From assembly GCA_943356415.1 (NCBI GenBank), contig CALREW010000002.1, positions 128,325 to 192,324 on the forward strand: 64,000 nt of DNA. Direction: 5' to 3'. Under the pieces are notes generated by a model, which worked only from the letters and a program-made list of their open reading frames with translations, was not told where the DNA came from and searched no databases. Positions 19,627 to 29,437 of the stretch are shown piece by piece (the first letter of the stretch is position 1; every line of letters starts with the position of its first letter). This stretch comes from Candidatus Nomurabacteria bacterium (GTDB lineage Bacteria > Patescibacteriota > Minisyncoccia > Phycocordibacterales > SBAW01). The position numbers were made by a program, and so were the translations under genes.

Positions 19627-19748
19627 ACACCGATCTCCATCGATTCCACTCATCACCCATTTGGAGGGAGAACTGCCCCGGCGCATCGCCGGGGTTTCTC
19701 GTTGAAAGAGACTCTCCCCCCTGCTATACTCCCCCTACGTAAAGGCCC

Positions 19749-20279
19749 TTGGATACTCCCCGCGTAAACAAACAAATCCGCGCCCCTCAATTGCGCGTCA
19801 TCGGCCCCGAAGGCGAGAACTTCGGTGTTATGGAGTTTGCTGACGCCATGGCAAAAGCCGAGGAACTCGGTTTCGATCTCATTGAAATCTCCCCGAATGC
19901 CGTTCCTCCTATCGGCAAAATAATGGACTTCGGTAAGTACCAGTATCTTGAACAGAAAAAGCAGCGTGAGGTTAAACAGAAGTCCCACACCACCGAGACT
20001 AAGTCCGTGCAGGTGAAAATCGGTACCGGCGACCATGATATGGCTCTCAAAGCCAAGCGCTCTGCTGAGTGGCTCGGTGAAGGCCACCGCGTCAAAGTAG
20101 ACCTCTTCCTATGGGGCCGATACAAATATATGGAGTTCGCCTTCCTTAAGGAACGCTTGGAGCGCTTCCTCAAGCTTATCCCGGCTGATTTCAAAATTGC
20201 CGATCCAATAGCCAAGGGACCAAAAGGGCTTACTTGCGTAATTGAGAGGGCGTCCAAAACCAAGCCTGCCCAAGGTTGA
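19749..20279 (+). CDS. infC: translation initiation factor IF-3
   Basis: IRAPQLRVIGPEGENFGVMEFADAMAKAEELGFDLIEISPNAVPPIGKIMDFGKYQY is highly similar to the IF-3 N-domain. Starts with a non-ATG (TTG) codon, which is typical of infC. Confidence 0.9.
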   Translation: MDTPRVNKQIRAPQLRVIGPEGENFGVMEFADAMAKAEELGFDLIEISPNAVPPIGKIMDFGKYQYLEQKKQREVKQKSHTTETKSVQVKIGTGDHDMALKAKRSAEWLGEGHRVKVDLFLWGRYKYMEFAFLKERLERFLKLIPADFKIADPIAKGPKGLTCVIERASKTKPAQG

Positions 20280-20354
20280 ATTCCCAAAGGGCTGGTGGTA
20301 TAGTCGTGGGGCTTCAGGCAGGCCTTTTGAGGGCCTTTTTGATTCAAATCCTAT

Positions 20355-20544
20355 GGCTATAAAGAGCAACAAATCATTCACTCGCCGCATAAAAATCACT
20401 CGAACTGGCAAGCTGGTTACCCGCAAGCCAGGTCAGAACCATTTCAATGCGAAAGAGTCGAGCTCGGGTCGCATGAACCGTCGCCGCAGCGGCTCGGTTG
20501 TACTTGATAGCAAGACCAGCCAACGCTATATCACTACTGCATAA
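20355..20544 (+). CDS. rpmI: 50S ribosomal protein L35
   Basis: 63 aa basic protein MAIKSNKSFTRRIKITRTGKLVTRKPGQNHF, placed between infC and rplT. Confidence 0.85.
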
Positions 20545-20564
20545 CGCAACTTTCTTAAACTTTT

Positions 20565-20906
20565 ATGGCACGATCAAAAGGAGGTATTGGTGCAGCGAAG
20601 CGCCGCCGCAATGTACTAGCCCAGGTAAAGGGCTACCGTTTTGGCCGCTCCAAGAAGGAACGCATGGCCAAGGAGGCTATTGCGAAGGCGGGTAAATACT
20701 CTTTCGCCCACCGAAAGGATAAAAAGAACGACTACCGCCAACTCTTTATGATTCGCATTGGCGCGGGCCTCGGAGGTGCTATCTCATACAGCAAATTTAT
20801 CGGTGGACTGAAAAAGCAAGGTATTGTTATCAACCGCAAAATGCTTGCCGAACTTGCCGCTGATCATCCGAAAGCGTTCGACGCTATCGTCGCCAAAGTA
20901 AAGTAG
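20565..20906 (+). CDS. rplT: 50S ribosomal protein L20
   Basis: MARSKGGIGAAKRRRNVLAQVKGYRFGRSK...YRQLFMIRI matches the L20 signature. Confidence 0.95.
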   Translation: MARSKGGIGAAKRRRNVLAQVKGYRFGRSKKERMAKEAIAKAGKYSFAHRKDKKNDYRQLFMIRIGAGLGGAISYSKFIGGLKKQGIVINRKMLAELAADHPKAFDAIVAKVK

Positions 20907-20920
20907 CATATGACCTCACC

Positions 20921-20950
20921 AAAACCCCGCCGCACGGCGGGGTTTTGGTA
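20921..20950. terminator. bidirectional intrinsic terminator after rplT
   Basis: Hairpin aaaaccccgccg-cac-ggcggggtttt. Confidence 0.7.
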
Positions 20951-20954
20951 TGTG

Positions 20955-21566
20955 CTATGCGATACGTTTACCTTGTCGCTTTTCGTTCTCGAAACGGAAC
21001 GTTGAATGATGCTCTTTGTCTTTGCGAACCATTTCCATAATCCGCTCAACGAGAGCTTTCGGGTCAGTGTCGAAAATAATCTTGTTGTTAGGGCGGTATG
21101 CTTTTTCGACAATCATCTTTATCACGTCATCGGTATCCCAATCAGCCTCAAGGATGCCTATCGGCTTATTGTCTTCAAATGCGATAGTAAATTCGTGAAT
21201 GGTCCCGATGCGTCCACAACCAAACAAAACGGCATCGGAGGAGCGCGTCAGTATCAAGTCACGTCCCGGATATCCAAATCCTGTATAGATAATGATATCC
21301 ATATGATCCGTGGGGAGCTGGTAGACTTCAACATGCTCCTTCTCGGAAGATGCCGGTGAAAAGCCGATGGAAAATCCTCCTGCTTCTTTTGCGCCCACCG
21401 CAGACCACATAGGGAACCCTGTGGTAGCGCCAGTGACAATGACACCGCCTTGTCGGACTATCTCATGACCAAGGAGCTTTGCCTTATCAAATGCATCGAG
21501 CCCACAGTGTCCGGTGTCAGCTGCTCCTGAAACGCAGATTTTAAAATAGTTGTAAATCTCTCCCAT
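20955..21566 (-). CDS. LOG/TIGR00725-like Rossmann-fold nucleotide-binding protein
   Basis: ICVSGAADTG and VIVTGATTG glycine-rich loops, typical of the SLOG/LOG (lysine decarboxylase-like) family. Confidence 0.5.
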   Translation of the reverse strand: MGEIYNYFKICVSGAADTGHCGLDAFDKAKLLGHEIVRQGGVIVTGATTGFPMWSAVGAKEAGGFSIGFSPASSEKEHVEVYQLPTDHMDIIIYTGFGYPGRDLILTRSSDAVLFGCGRIGTIHEFTIAFEDNKPIGILEADWDTDDVIKMIVEKAYRPNNKIIFDTDPKALVERIMEMVRKDKEHHSTFRFENEKRQGKRIA

Positions 21567-21592
21567 GCAATCTCTTTTACAAACGTATTCTA

Positions 21593-22966
21593 CTACAAGT
21601 TCAAGTCTGCTTTCGTTCCCTGTTGTGGCGCTTCAGCCTGTATACCGATGAAATCACGGATGCGCTGCACAAGAAAGAGCGAACTCTTCGGCTCTCCCAT
21701 CACTACAAACACGCTCTGAAGTCGTCCGGCAGAGCGATGCACGAAAGAAAGGAGGCCTTCTGTATCGCGATGTGCTGAATATCCGTAAATAGTCTCAACG
21801 TGTGCCCGTACTTCAATCTTTTCTTTATGAACTGAGAGCGTCTTTGCACCTTCAATAAGCTGGCGACCAATGCTTCCTGCTGCTTGGTAACCGACAATAA
21901 GCAAGGTGTTGTGCTCGTCGGGAAGATATACCCGTTCATGACTTAGCACGCGACCACCTTGTGACATGCCCGAGCCTGCGATGATGATTTTCGCGTCTTG
22001 ATTCTTATGAATTGCAGCGCTCTCTTGCGGCGAAGTGACAAACCGCAGTTCAGGGAAGGAAAAGAGCTTCTCCCCTCTCTCTACGCGCTGACGTATCTCA
22101 TCCCTGAAGTAGTTCGGATGGGCGCTGAACGCTTCGGTAATCTTGATTGCGAGCGGTGAATCAACATACACCAACATTGGAGGAACTTTCTTTTCGTGAA
22201 ATAGATTTCGTATTTCAAATATAAGGTCCTGTGTACGCTCAGTTGAAAAGGCCGGTATAAGAAGCGTGCCTCCGCGAGAAGCAGTTGCTTCTATGACACG
22301 CTCAAGTTGCAGCGCCCTGTCTTCAACATGCTCTTGTTTCTTATCGCCATACACGCTTTCCATCACAAAGTAGTCCGCATTGTCTACATCATCGACGGGG
22401 CCTACTAACAACGAATGGTCATTACCGAGGTCGCCGGTAAAGACAATGCGATTATTTCCCCGCACAATCTCTACCATCGCTGAACCGAGGATATGTCCTG
22501 CATTGAGTAAGCGTGCTTGGTATCCGTGCGGGAGTTGAATTTCTTGCTGGTACGGCACTCCTTTCCAAAGGACGAGAGCGGCGCGAACATCCTCAACGCT
22601 ATAGAGAAGCTCCTTTCCGTCGTCTCGCGCTTCGCGTGCAAGGAGTGCTTGACTGTCGAGAAGAAGCGGCTCTGCAAGCGCGCGCGTTGCTTCAGTCGAG
22701 ATAATGGTTCCGCGAAATCCTTCGCGTACGAGTTTGGGTATCCGGCCGATATGGTCGATGTGCGCGTGAGTGACAAGGAGATGTGAGATGGAGGCGGGCG
22801 CATAAGGGAACGGTTTTTCGTTAGTCGCCTCCGCATACGCACTCCCCTGAAAAAGACCACAATCAACGAGTATGCCGTCCTTGCCAAGGGCTGAAGCATC
22901 TTCGAGTAAAAAATTTGCTCCAGTTACCGAACCTGCACCCCCGCAAAAATGAAGAGTGCTTTTCAT
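21593..22966 (-). CDS. beta-CASP family MBL-fold ribonuclease (RNA-metabolising metallo-beta-lactamase)
   Basis: VTHAHIDHIG metallo-beta-lactamase motif in the N-terminal third, followed by a beta-CASP-like region and a C-terminal RMMBL-like segment. 457 aa. Confidence 0.7.
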   Translation of the reverse strand: MKSTLHFCGGAGSVTGANFLLEDASALGKDGILVDCGLFQGSAYAEATNEKPFPYAPASISHLLVTHAHIDHIGRIPKLVREGFRGTIISTEATRALAEPLLLDSQALLAREARDDGKELLYSVEDVRAALVLWKGVPYQQEIQLPHGYQARLLNAGHILGSAMVEIVRGNNRIVFTGDLGNDHSLLVGPVDDVDNADYFVMESVYGDKKQEHVEDRALQLERVIEATASRGGTLLIPAFSTERTQDLIFEIRNLFHEKKVPPMLVYVDSPLAIKITEAFSAHPNYFRDEIRQRVERGEKLFSFPELRFVTSPQESAAIHKNQDAKIIIAGSGMSQGGRVLSHERVYLPDEHNTLLIVGYQAAGSIGRQLIEGAKTLSVHKEKIEVRAHVETIYGYSAHRDTEGLLSFVHRSAGRLQSVFVVMGEPKSSLFLVQRIRDFIGIQAEAPQQGTKADLNL

Positions 22967-23349
22967 ACCGTATGTGTAGGGTCAACGGTTCGATGTGCCC
23001 ACCAAATGGCGAGACCGCCTCCAAGCACGTCAGCGCAAAGATCTTGTAGCGTATCGCTCGTAAATCCAGCCTCAAGAAATGCAGTGGTGCCAACAAGATA
23101 TTCAAAAATTTCCCACGAAACTCCAATGCAAAGTAATAGTACAAATGCAACGTGCGGTGTCCATTGTCGCGAAATACCCCAAGACGCAACAATGTAAGAG
23201 AGCACTCCAACCATACCAGCTGCGGCTATGTGCACCGGAAAATCAAACCATGGCAAAGACCAATACAGCGCAAAGTGAATGGCGAGTGCGTGTGCGGTTG
23301 CAGCAAACACCGCCAAAAGAGCTGCAACGATAAAAAGACGAGTGCGCAT
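22963..23349 (-). CDS. small polytopic membrane protein
   Basis: Start set at MRTRLFIVAALL (ATG 23347-23349), giving 128 aa with four predicted helices. The long ORF-track N-terminus is probably a 5' leader. Confidence 0.4.
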   Translation of the reverse strand: MRTRLFIVAALLAVFAATAHALAIHFALYWSLPWFDFPVHIAAAGMVGVLSYIVASWGISRQWTPHVAFVLLLCIGVSWEIFEYLVGTTAFLEAGFTSDTLQDLCADVLGGGLAIWWAHRTVDPTHTV

Positions 23350-23664
23350 AGAAGCAAGTATAACAATCAGATACCTAGAAACGAGAAACCTCCGTCGTCG
23401 GTTTCCCGTGCGGAGGTCTGCTCGATGGGATCCAAGAAGTATCGTCCTGGTATATACCAGGTGGGTGCCCGCAGCGGACGCGAATGCTGTTGCAGTCGTG
23501 CCGCGATATGAGGCTCCCTGACGATAATCAAGGACGCAACTTCCTGAATCCTGCACAAAGTATAACAAAGGTCATATTTCGCACCTGTGCATAGCGCATT
23601 AGAACACATCGCCTTAAAAAGAGTCGGCCCCGCCTTACGGCGGGACCGGTGCTCTGACGCGCCC

Positions 23665-23937
23665 TTAGTGGGCGGTCCTCAGTCGGCGCAGCGGCCGAGC
23701 GAAGACCGTGTACCCGTTCGGGCTACGCATGGGAGCGAGCTCCCATTTCTCCCCCGGCTGCGGAAGAAGCCCTTCATCCTCTTCGACGACGATCTTGAAG
23801 CGATCGCCGCCGTAGCGGAAGTGAGCCCACAGCTCCCGCTTGTGGTCGTAGACCTGCTCGCGCAGGCAGACCTGGAAGCGGCTGGGGAAGTCGGCGGGGA
23901 GCCGATGGTAGTAGTAGACGTTCTTGGCGTTCGCCAT
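23665..23937 (-). CDS. hypothetical 90-aa protein, high-GC cassette
   Basis: Begins MANAKNVYYYHRL with RBS aggaagg. A GC-rich terminator ggtcccgcc-gtaa-ggcggggcc plus T-run lies downstream on the minus strand. Strong G/C codon bias. Confidence 0.4.
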   Translation of the reverse strand: MANAKNVYYYHRLPADFPSRFQVCLREQVYDHKRELWAHFRYGGDRFKIVVEEDEGLLPQPGEKWELAPMRSPNGYTVFARPLRRLRTAH

Positions 23938-24135
23938 GATGGCGTTCCTTCCTGAAATAGAGTGCTGCCGCACCCTATCAGGTCAGAACACCATTGTTCA
24001 AAAACCTTAGAGTGCAGCTGTCAAAGACAAGCTACGCTCTACGTACTAGAACCAGCGACATGGGCGCCTCCATAAGTGGTGTACAGACGCGAATATTTAA
24101 CTAAGTTTATTAAAAATGTCAAGACCCGTCAGACC

Positions 24136-24702
24136 CTACTTGTCTCCTTCTTTCTTTACAGGTTTTTTAAAATAAACCGGTTCCTCTTTTGTCTCAGTCC
24201 CTTCAACCACCGGCTCAGTTCCCCAAACCAAGGCATGACTGGACCAAAAAGTACGTGCAGCGTCATTTGCATTCTTATCCCACGGTTCAACTTCAGACTT
24301 CGGTCCCATATACGCAAACAGACAAATATATTGATTCTGCCCGGGTTCTTTGTCACGCAAAAGACCGAACGTTATACTCGATGTCGGTTCAGGTTCACGC
24401 CCCTTTACAAATCGGGTTAATTCTTGCCTCCCTTGTCGTTGTGCAAAAATAATCTCATCACCTTCCTTCGTTTCAATACACACCGAACGCCCAACCTCTC
24501 TACCGAAATCTACCGATTCCGTAATAAATGGGCGATCTTTGGGTTCAACGGAAGCAAGCGCCTGCGAAAGAAGACTTTTAATATTGCCCTGATTATGAAT
24601 ATGGCTCGAGGCTCGATCTCTCACAACCGTCCCTCCTTTTAAAAAACCGAGGATGGGGGTGGTGGGGTATTCGCGCCCAGACGATTGACTCCTTCCTTCC
24701 AT
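24136..24702 (-). CDS. hypothetical protein
   Basis: 188-aa ORF with no recognisable motifs. Confidence 0.35.
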   Translation of the reverse strand: MEGRSQSSGREYPTTPILGFLKGGTVVRDRASSHIHNQGNIKSLLSQALASVEPKDRPFITESVDFGREVGRSVCIETKEGDEIIFAQRQGRQELTRFVKGREPEPTSSITFGLLRDKEPGQNQYICLFAYMGPKSEVEPWDKNANDAARTFWSSHALVWGTEPVVEGTETKEEPVYFKKPVKKEGDK

Positions 24703-24712
24703 CTACATTTCT

Positions 24713-25297
24713 TTAAGCGTCTATACCGAACCTTGGATACTTAAAGATAGGAGACTTCCCAAACCAGTGCTCTATTTCGTGTGCTGCCTCTTCAGGAGTT
24801 TCTGACGCATGGACGAGGTTAAAGACTGCGCGCTTCTCAGCGTTAGCAATAGCCGGAGAGTCTGCAGAGTAATCCCCGCGGATAGTGCCCATCTCAGCTA
24901 AATACGGCATGGTGGGTCCAACTATTTTGCGAACCATATCTACCGCATGCACACCTTCAACAACCATACGCACCATTGGCGCGGATGTCATAAAATCCAT
25001 GAGCCATGTGCGCACTACCTTCCCTATTTCAACATTCTCGGTGGTACCAAAATCTTTTACGATATCGTAGCCGTATTTTTCATACGTGTGCTTGGTCTTC
25101 TCGCCAATGCGAGTGAGCCATGCGTCATCCTTTGGGTAGTGTGCGTCCATTGCCTCATGCGTTGACTCAAACATCTCGAGCGCGACTATCTTCAAATCAC
25201 GTTGCTCAAAGCGCTTGATTATCTCACCGATGAGGCCCTTACGGACACCATCAGGTTTAACGAGCACGAATGTCTTTTCTTCTTTTGGGTTTTTCAT
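24713..25297 (-). CDS. ndk: nucleoside diphosphate kinase (long form)
   Basis: FVLVKPDGVRKGLIGEIIKRFE and catalytic-His region ...NLVHASETPEEA, with an internal insertion. Confidence 0.8.
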   Translation of the reverse strand: MKNPKEEKTFVLVKPDGVRKGLIGEIIKRFEQRDLKIVALEMFESTHEAMDAHYPKDDAWLTRIGEKTKHTYEKYGYDIVKDFGTTENVEIGKVVRTWLMDFMTSAPMVRMVVEGVHAVDMVRKIVGPTMPYLAEMGTIRGDYSADSPAIANAEKRAVFNLVHASETPEEAAHEIEHWFGKSPIFKYPRFGIDA

Positions 25298-25336
25298 AGA
25301 TATAGAAAAATGCTGCTTTCGCAGCGTTGACGCGAC

Positions 25337-28057
25337 TTAGGAATAGCGGGCCATAACCTCAGCCTCCACCTCCGCACGATCGCGTCCGTACTTAACGTAC
25401 GACATTTGGCGTAGCTGGTCAACGGTTTCCATGGTCCCCGCCTTGAAGGCGACCGTCTCAAGAGTGAACGGTTTCTCTGGCTTGTTGCGCAACAAAAGAC
25501 GCACAACCGCGTTCTGATTGTCGATAGCGATGAGGTCTGCCTCAGAAACCGCAGGTGCGAAGAACGGCGCCAATGTCTTTGCATCCTCAGGGCCCACACG
25601 GAAAGCGCACAAGGAGCCGACGTTGCCGAAGACGGCATCACGTATCTCGTCGGTGAGTTGTGCGATGAACTGGTGCGCCACCGTGAGCGAGAGCTTGTAT
25701 TTGCGAGCTTCGCTGAAGATGGTTGCAATCGACGGCGTCGTGAAATTCTGGAATTCGTCTATGTGGAGATAGAACGGCGGCAACTCCTTACCAAAAGAAT
25801 CGGCTCGGGAGAGAGCCGCGATAAGGAATTTGCCGACGATAATGAGACCGAGCAAGTTGGCGTTGAGGTCGCCGATGCGGCCTTTGGCAAGATTTACAAG
25901 CAATATCTTCTTCTGGTCCATGATAGACCTGAAGTCGAAGGCGGAGTTTTGTTGGGAAATAATAGGTCGCATTATCTCGTTTGACGTAAAGACGTCGAAC
26001 TTACTTGTGACGTACGGACCATAGTTTTCAAGTCCCTGCTCGCCTGAAGCCTGCAGTGCAATGCCGCGCCAGAACTGTGCAACTACCGGGTTTTTGCAGC
26101 GCGAAAGCTTCAGCTCACGGAACGCAGGATCAGAGAAAATGCGGCCGATATCAAGCAACGTAGAGCCTGAAGCCGGGTCTTCCATAACAAGGAGTGCCGC
26201 ATTACGGAAGTACTGCTCAAATGCCGGACCCATAGACTCTGGTATTGCCCCGAAGAGCTTTTTGAAGATACCGAGAAGTTCGTCGACAACGAGCGATTTT
26301 TGTTCTGGGTAACGTGTATCGTACTCGAGCATGTTGACGCCGATAGGTCGCGAAACCTCACCCGGGTCAAAGTAGATAACATCCCCTGCCCGCTCAGGTG
26401 GTATTGCGGAGAGCACCTCCATCACGTCGGAGCCGTGCGGGTCGATAAAACAGACGCCCGCGCCTGAACGGATATCGTGCATGATGACATTCTTCAGGAA
26501 CGTCGATTTACCGGTACCCGTCTGACCAATGACATAGAAGTGGCGTAGGCGGTCGCTGTCCGGCAAATGCACCTCCTGCGTGCCGCCACCATACCGGTTG
26601 AGCCCGAGCAGTGCACCCTCGCTAGGAAGATCCGGGGGCGCCGAAACTTGTACGGACTTCACTTGTCGCAATCCTGGCGCACTCTCTATACCAACCGGCG
26701 GCAAATGCGCCATGGTGGTCAGTTCCGAGAGAGACATCGGCAAGGCGGCATTTTTATCGTACGTGCGGTAAATAAGCTTACGCAAAAATCGCGATACCGA
26801 AGCGCGCTTTACTGTCTTAAAAATAAGGGTGTTCCCTGCCGTGTCGGTAAATTGTTTGAACGATGCTTCGATAGAACGCACAATGGCTCCCGCACGCTCA
26901 GGCGTTGACGCACCGGCAACGAGACGAATGTTTACTTTTACAATCGGGGTTTTTATCTTTTTCTCAATATTTTTTACCCGAGGATCAGCGTCGCGAGTTG
27001 CACCTGATTCTTTCTTCTTTGGCGGAAAGAAAAAGACTTGGAGTGCTTTGACCGCTTTCCCAAGCACTGTCTTGCGGATATCGGTCGCGCTTTGTACTGA
27101 GATACCTTCGTGTATCTGTTCGAGGGCGTACTGATATTTCGCCAAAAGTCCTCCGTCACGCGGTTCAATCACAAACTGTATGACGGCTCCCTCCCGATCC
27201 CGATCCAGTTTGTTAAACGTTGAAAGTACGATGTTAAGCGGGTCGTATTCAAACTCGTCATACGTCTTTAGCGCGTAGATATCACGCTTGGTAAAACGCG
27301 CCTCAGAAGCCGACGCGTACGCGTTTTCTCCAAAGAGATTGTAATCGTCGTTGCGGCGCGAGAGACGTGCTTTTGGAAATACCGAAAGCAACTGGCGCTC
27401 AAAGAGTTCGGACACCTCAGTCGGAACCGCCGCATAAAACGAAGCCGAACTCATGCCAACCGGATTAGCAAGTTCAAAAACAATATGATTATTTGACGTG
27501 CGCGAGCCTTTGGTTGAAAGGAGTCCTTGATAGAGCTGCTCCATTGAGGCAATGAGCTCTTTGAGTGGTCGTCGCTTCTCTTCAGCCTCAACATTCTCTG
27601 GCAAAATAATGTCGTAAAGTACCATGTTCAAATCACGCGCTAGTGCCGTTTTGCTCTCAAGACCGCGCGCGTTATTTCCGTCAGCTAAATACGCAACGAG
27701 CAACCGATGAAAGTCGTCTATGAGGTGTGGGTTTTTGGTTGCTTCAACCGCAGCCATGGCTCTCCAGACACCTTTCTCCTGGAGAATGCCTATGAGTTCT
27801 CCCATCTTTTCGTCATGCATCTCAGGTGGAAGCGAGAGATGGACCGCATCTGGGTGCGCTTGGGCTTCCTCGTGGAGTGCTTCCGGTACCGCTTGGCGAT
27901 GTTCTGCGACCACGTGCGCGACAGCGCGCTCCCGCGGACGCTCGGTATTTGTTTGCGCCAAAGCAGTCTCCGCCTCGCTTACACGCGAGCGAAGATAATC
28001 TAATTCTTCCTCCGGACTCGAGAACGAGCGCGGGGCGCTTTGCGCCATCCCTTCCAT
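25337..28057 (-). CDS. HerA/FtsK-superfamily P-loop ATPase, TraD/VirD4- or DUF87-like (906 aa)
   Basis: Walker A HFYVIGQTGTGKSTFL, Walker B-like LHIDEFQNF, and a coiled-coil N-terminus. Large size and domain order resemble conjugative coupling proteins or DUF87 ATPases common in CPR genomes. Confidence 0.55.
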   Translation of the reverse strand: MEGMAQSAPRSFSSPEEELDYLRSRVSEAETALAQTNTERPRERAVAHVVAEHRQAVPEALHEEAQAHPDAVHLSLPPEMHDEKMGELIGILQEKGVWRAMAAVEATKNPHLIDDFHRLLVAYLADGNNARGLESKTALARDLNMVLYDIILPENVEAEEKRRPLKELIASMEQLYQGLLSTKGSRTSNNHIVFELANPVGMSSASFYAAVPTEVSELFERQLLSVFPKARLSRRNDDYNLFGENAYASASEARFTKRDIYALKTYDEFEYDPLNIVLSTFNKLDRDREGAVIQFVIEPRDGGLLAKYQYALEQIHEGISVQSATDIRKTVLGKAVKALQVFFFPPKKKESGATRDADPRVKNIEKKIKTPIVKVNIRLVAGASTPERAGAIVRSIEASFKQFTDTAGNTLIFKTVKRASVSRFLRKLIYRTYDKNAALPMSLSELTTMAHLPPVGIESAPGLRQVKSVQVSAPPDLPSEGALLGLNRYGGGTQEVHLPDSDRLRHFYVIGQTGTGKSTFLKNVIMHDIRSGAGVCFIDPHGSDVMEVLSAIPPERAGDVIYFDPGEVSRPIGVNMLEYDTRYPEQKSLVVDELLGIFKKLFGAIPESMGPAFEQYFRNAALLVMEDPASGSTLLDIGRIFSDPAFRELKLSRCKNPVVAQFWRGIALQASGEQGLENYGPYVTSKFDVFTSNEIMRPIISQQNSAFDFRSIMDQKKILLVNLAKGRIGDLNANLLGLIIVGKFLIAALSRADSFGKELPPFYLHIDEFQNFTTPSIATIFSEARKYKLSLTVAHQFIAQLTDEIRDAVFGNVGSLCAFRVGPEDAKTLAPFFAPAVSEADLIAIDNQNAVVRLLLRNKPEKPFTLETVAFKAGTMETVDQLRQMSYVKYGRDRAEVEAEVMARYS

Positions 28058-28082
28058 GCGCTTCAGTATAACGTGGAATGCA

Positions 28083-28847
28083 CTAAGCTACGGTCACAAC
28101 TTCAGCACCTTTCGCGGTAATGACAACCGTGTGTTCAAAATGCGCAGAGAGTGACTTATCAAATGTGCGATAGGTGTATCCATCTTTCATAAGTTCAATA
28201 TCATCCCCACCGATGTTAAACATCGGTTCAAGCGCAAGCACCATACCTTCTTCAAGCACCGGGCCCGTGCCTGCTTTCCCATAGTTAGGAACAAACGGCA
28301 ATTCGTGAACCTTGTGCCCAACGCCATGACCTCCGAGTTCACGCACAATGCCGTACCCTGCTTTTACTGCAAAAGCTTCTATGGCGGAGGAAATATCTCC
28401 GATGCGATTGCCAGGCACAACCTGCGAAATGCCTGCTTTGAGTGCGTCCTTTGTAACCTTCAAAAGCTCAGCCACTTCAGACGACACCTTCCCGACAGGT
28501 ACGGTACGTGCCATATCAACAATAAGACCTTTATGTGAGAGTCCGAGATCGAGGCCAACAATGTCTCCTTCTTTAAGCACGCGCGTACCGGGGAGTCCGT
28601 GAACGACTTCCTCGTTTACTGAGATACAAACAGTTGCGGGAAATGGAAAATCCGCACCGTCGGGCTGGTAGTTAAGAAATGCTGGTTCATCACCTCCGTC
28701 ACGAATGAGTTTTTCGGCAAGAGTATCGAGTTCTTTGGTGGTAACGCCAGGGCGCACAGCCGCTTCAACCGCATCAAGTACTCGTGCGAGGCGTTTACCT
28801 CCCACGCGAAGTGCTTGTATATCTTCTTTTGACTTAAGGCGACTCAT
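28083..28847 (-). CDS. map: methionine aminopeptidase type I
   Basis: Metal ligands in ISVNEEVVHG, DIVGLDLG, GHGVGHKVHE and MVLALEP. Confidence 0.9.
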   Translation of the reverse strand: MSRLKSKEDIQALRVGGKRLARVLDAVEAAVRPGVTTKELDTLAEKLIRDGGDEPAFLNYQPDGADFPFPATVCISVNEEVVHGLPGTRVLKEGDIVGLDLGLSHKGLIVDMARTVPVGKVSSEVAELLKVTKDALKAGISQVVPGNRIGDISSAIEAFAVKAGYGIVRELGGHGVGHKVHELPFVPNYGKAGTGPVLEEGMVLALEPMFNIGGDDIELMKDGYTYRTFDKSLSAHFEHTVVITAKGAEVVTVA

Positions 28848-29437
28848 TAGAGCTTAGAAAGGTGATCGAGTACATCCTGGTGAACAACCTCGATCGGTCT
28901 TTCTCCTTCAATATCAATAACTTTTCCTTTTTGTCTAAAAAATTCTATGGCCGGACCGGTCTTGGCTTCGTACTCCGCAAATCGAACTTTGAGTTTTTCT
29001 TCTGAGTCGCTCTCGGGGCGACTCTCAACACCCGCGCGCGCAAGTTGGCGGCGCATCGATTCTTCCTGTGAGATAGAGAGGCAGAACATAACATACGGTC
29101 TGCGCAACCACTCCATGACGTCATCGAACTGTTGCGCCTCAAAAACCGTCTTTGCCGTACTCTCGTGAATAATGCCGACGTTTAGGGGACGATGGAGTGT
29201 CACTTCCTGGAAGAGAAACGTCGAAAACCATGGGGGCATGAGCAAGCCTCCATCGTATTGTTCGCGGATGCGCTTAGCCAAATCGCTTTCGCCCACTCGA
29301 AGTTCACGGTAGCGGCCTCCAGTAGAAAACACCTCGAAGCCCGTCTTTTCAGACAGGAGTTTTGATTGCACGCCCTTCCCTGAGCCGGTCTGGCCCATGA
29401 AGAGGATGGTTTTGATATTTGGGGTGAATTCAGCCAT
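28847..29437 (-). CDS. adk: adenylate kinase (short, lid-less type)
   Basis: P-loop FMGQTGSGKG beginning at MAEFTPNIK. Lies in the canonical secY-adk-map position. Confidence 0.8.
   Translation of the reverse strand: MAEFTPNIKTILFMGQTGSGKGVQSKLLSEKTGFEVFSTGGRYRELRVGESDLAKRIREQYDGGLLMPPWFSTFLFQEVTLHRPLNVGIIHESTAKTVFEAQQFDDVMEWLRRPYVMFCLSISQEESMRRQLARAGVESRPESDSEEKLKVRFAEYEAKTGPAIEFFRQKGKVIDIEGERPIEVVHQDVLDHLSKL

Noticed and set aside
23500-23580. Possible fluoride (crcB) riboswitch because the leader begins GGCGATG..GTTC
   Set aside because: It lacks the conserved CUGAUGAU...CCUAC 3' segment and pseudoknot partner. The downstream gene does not resemble CrcB, which has a GGxTTFSTF motif, or other fluoride-responsive genes.
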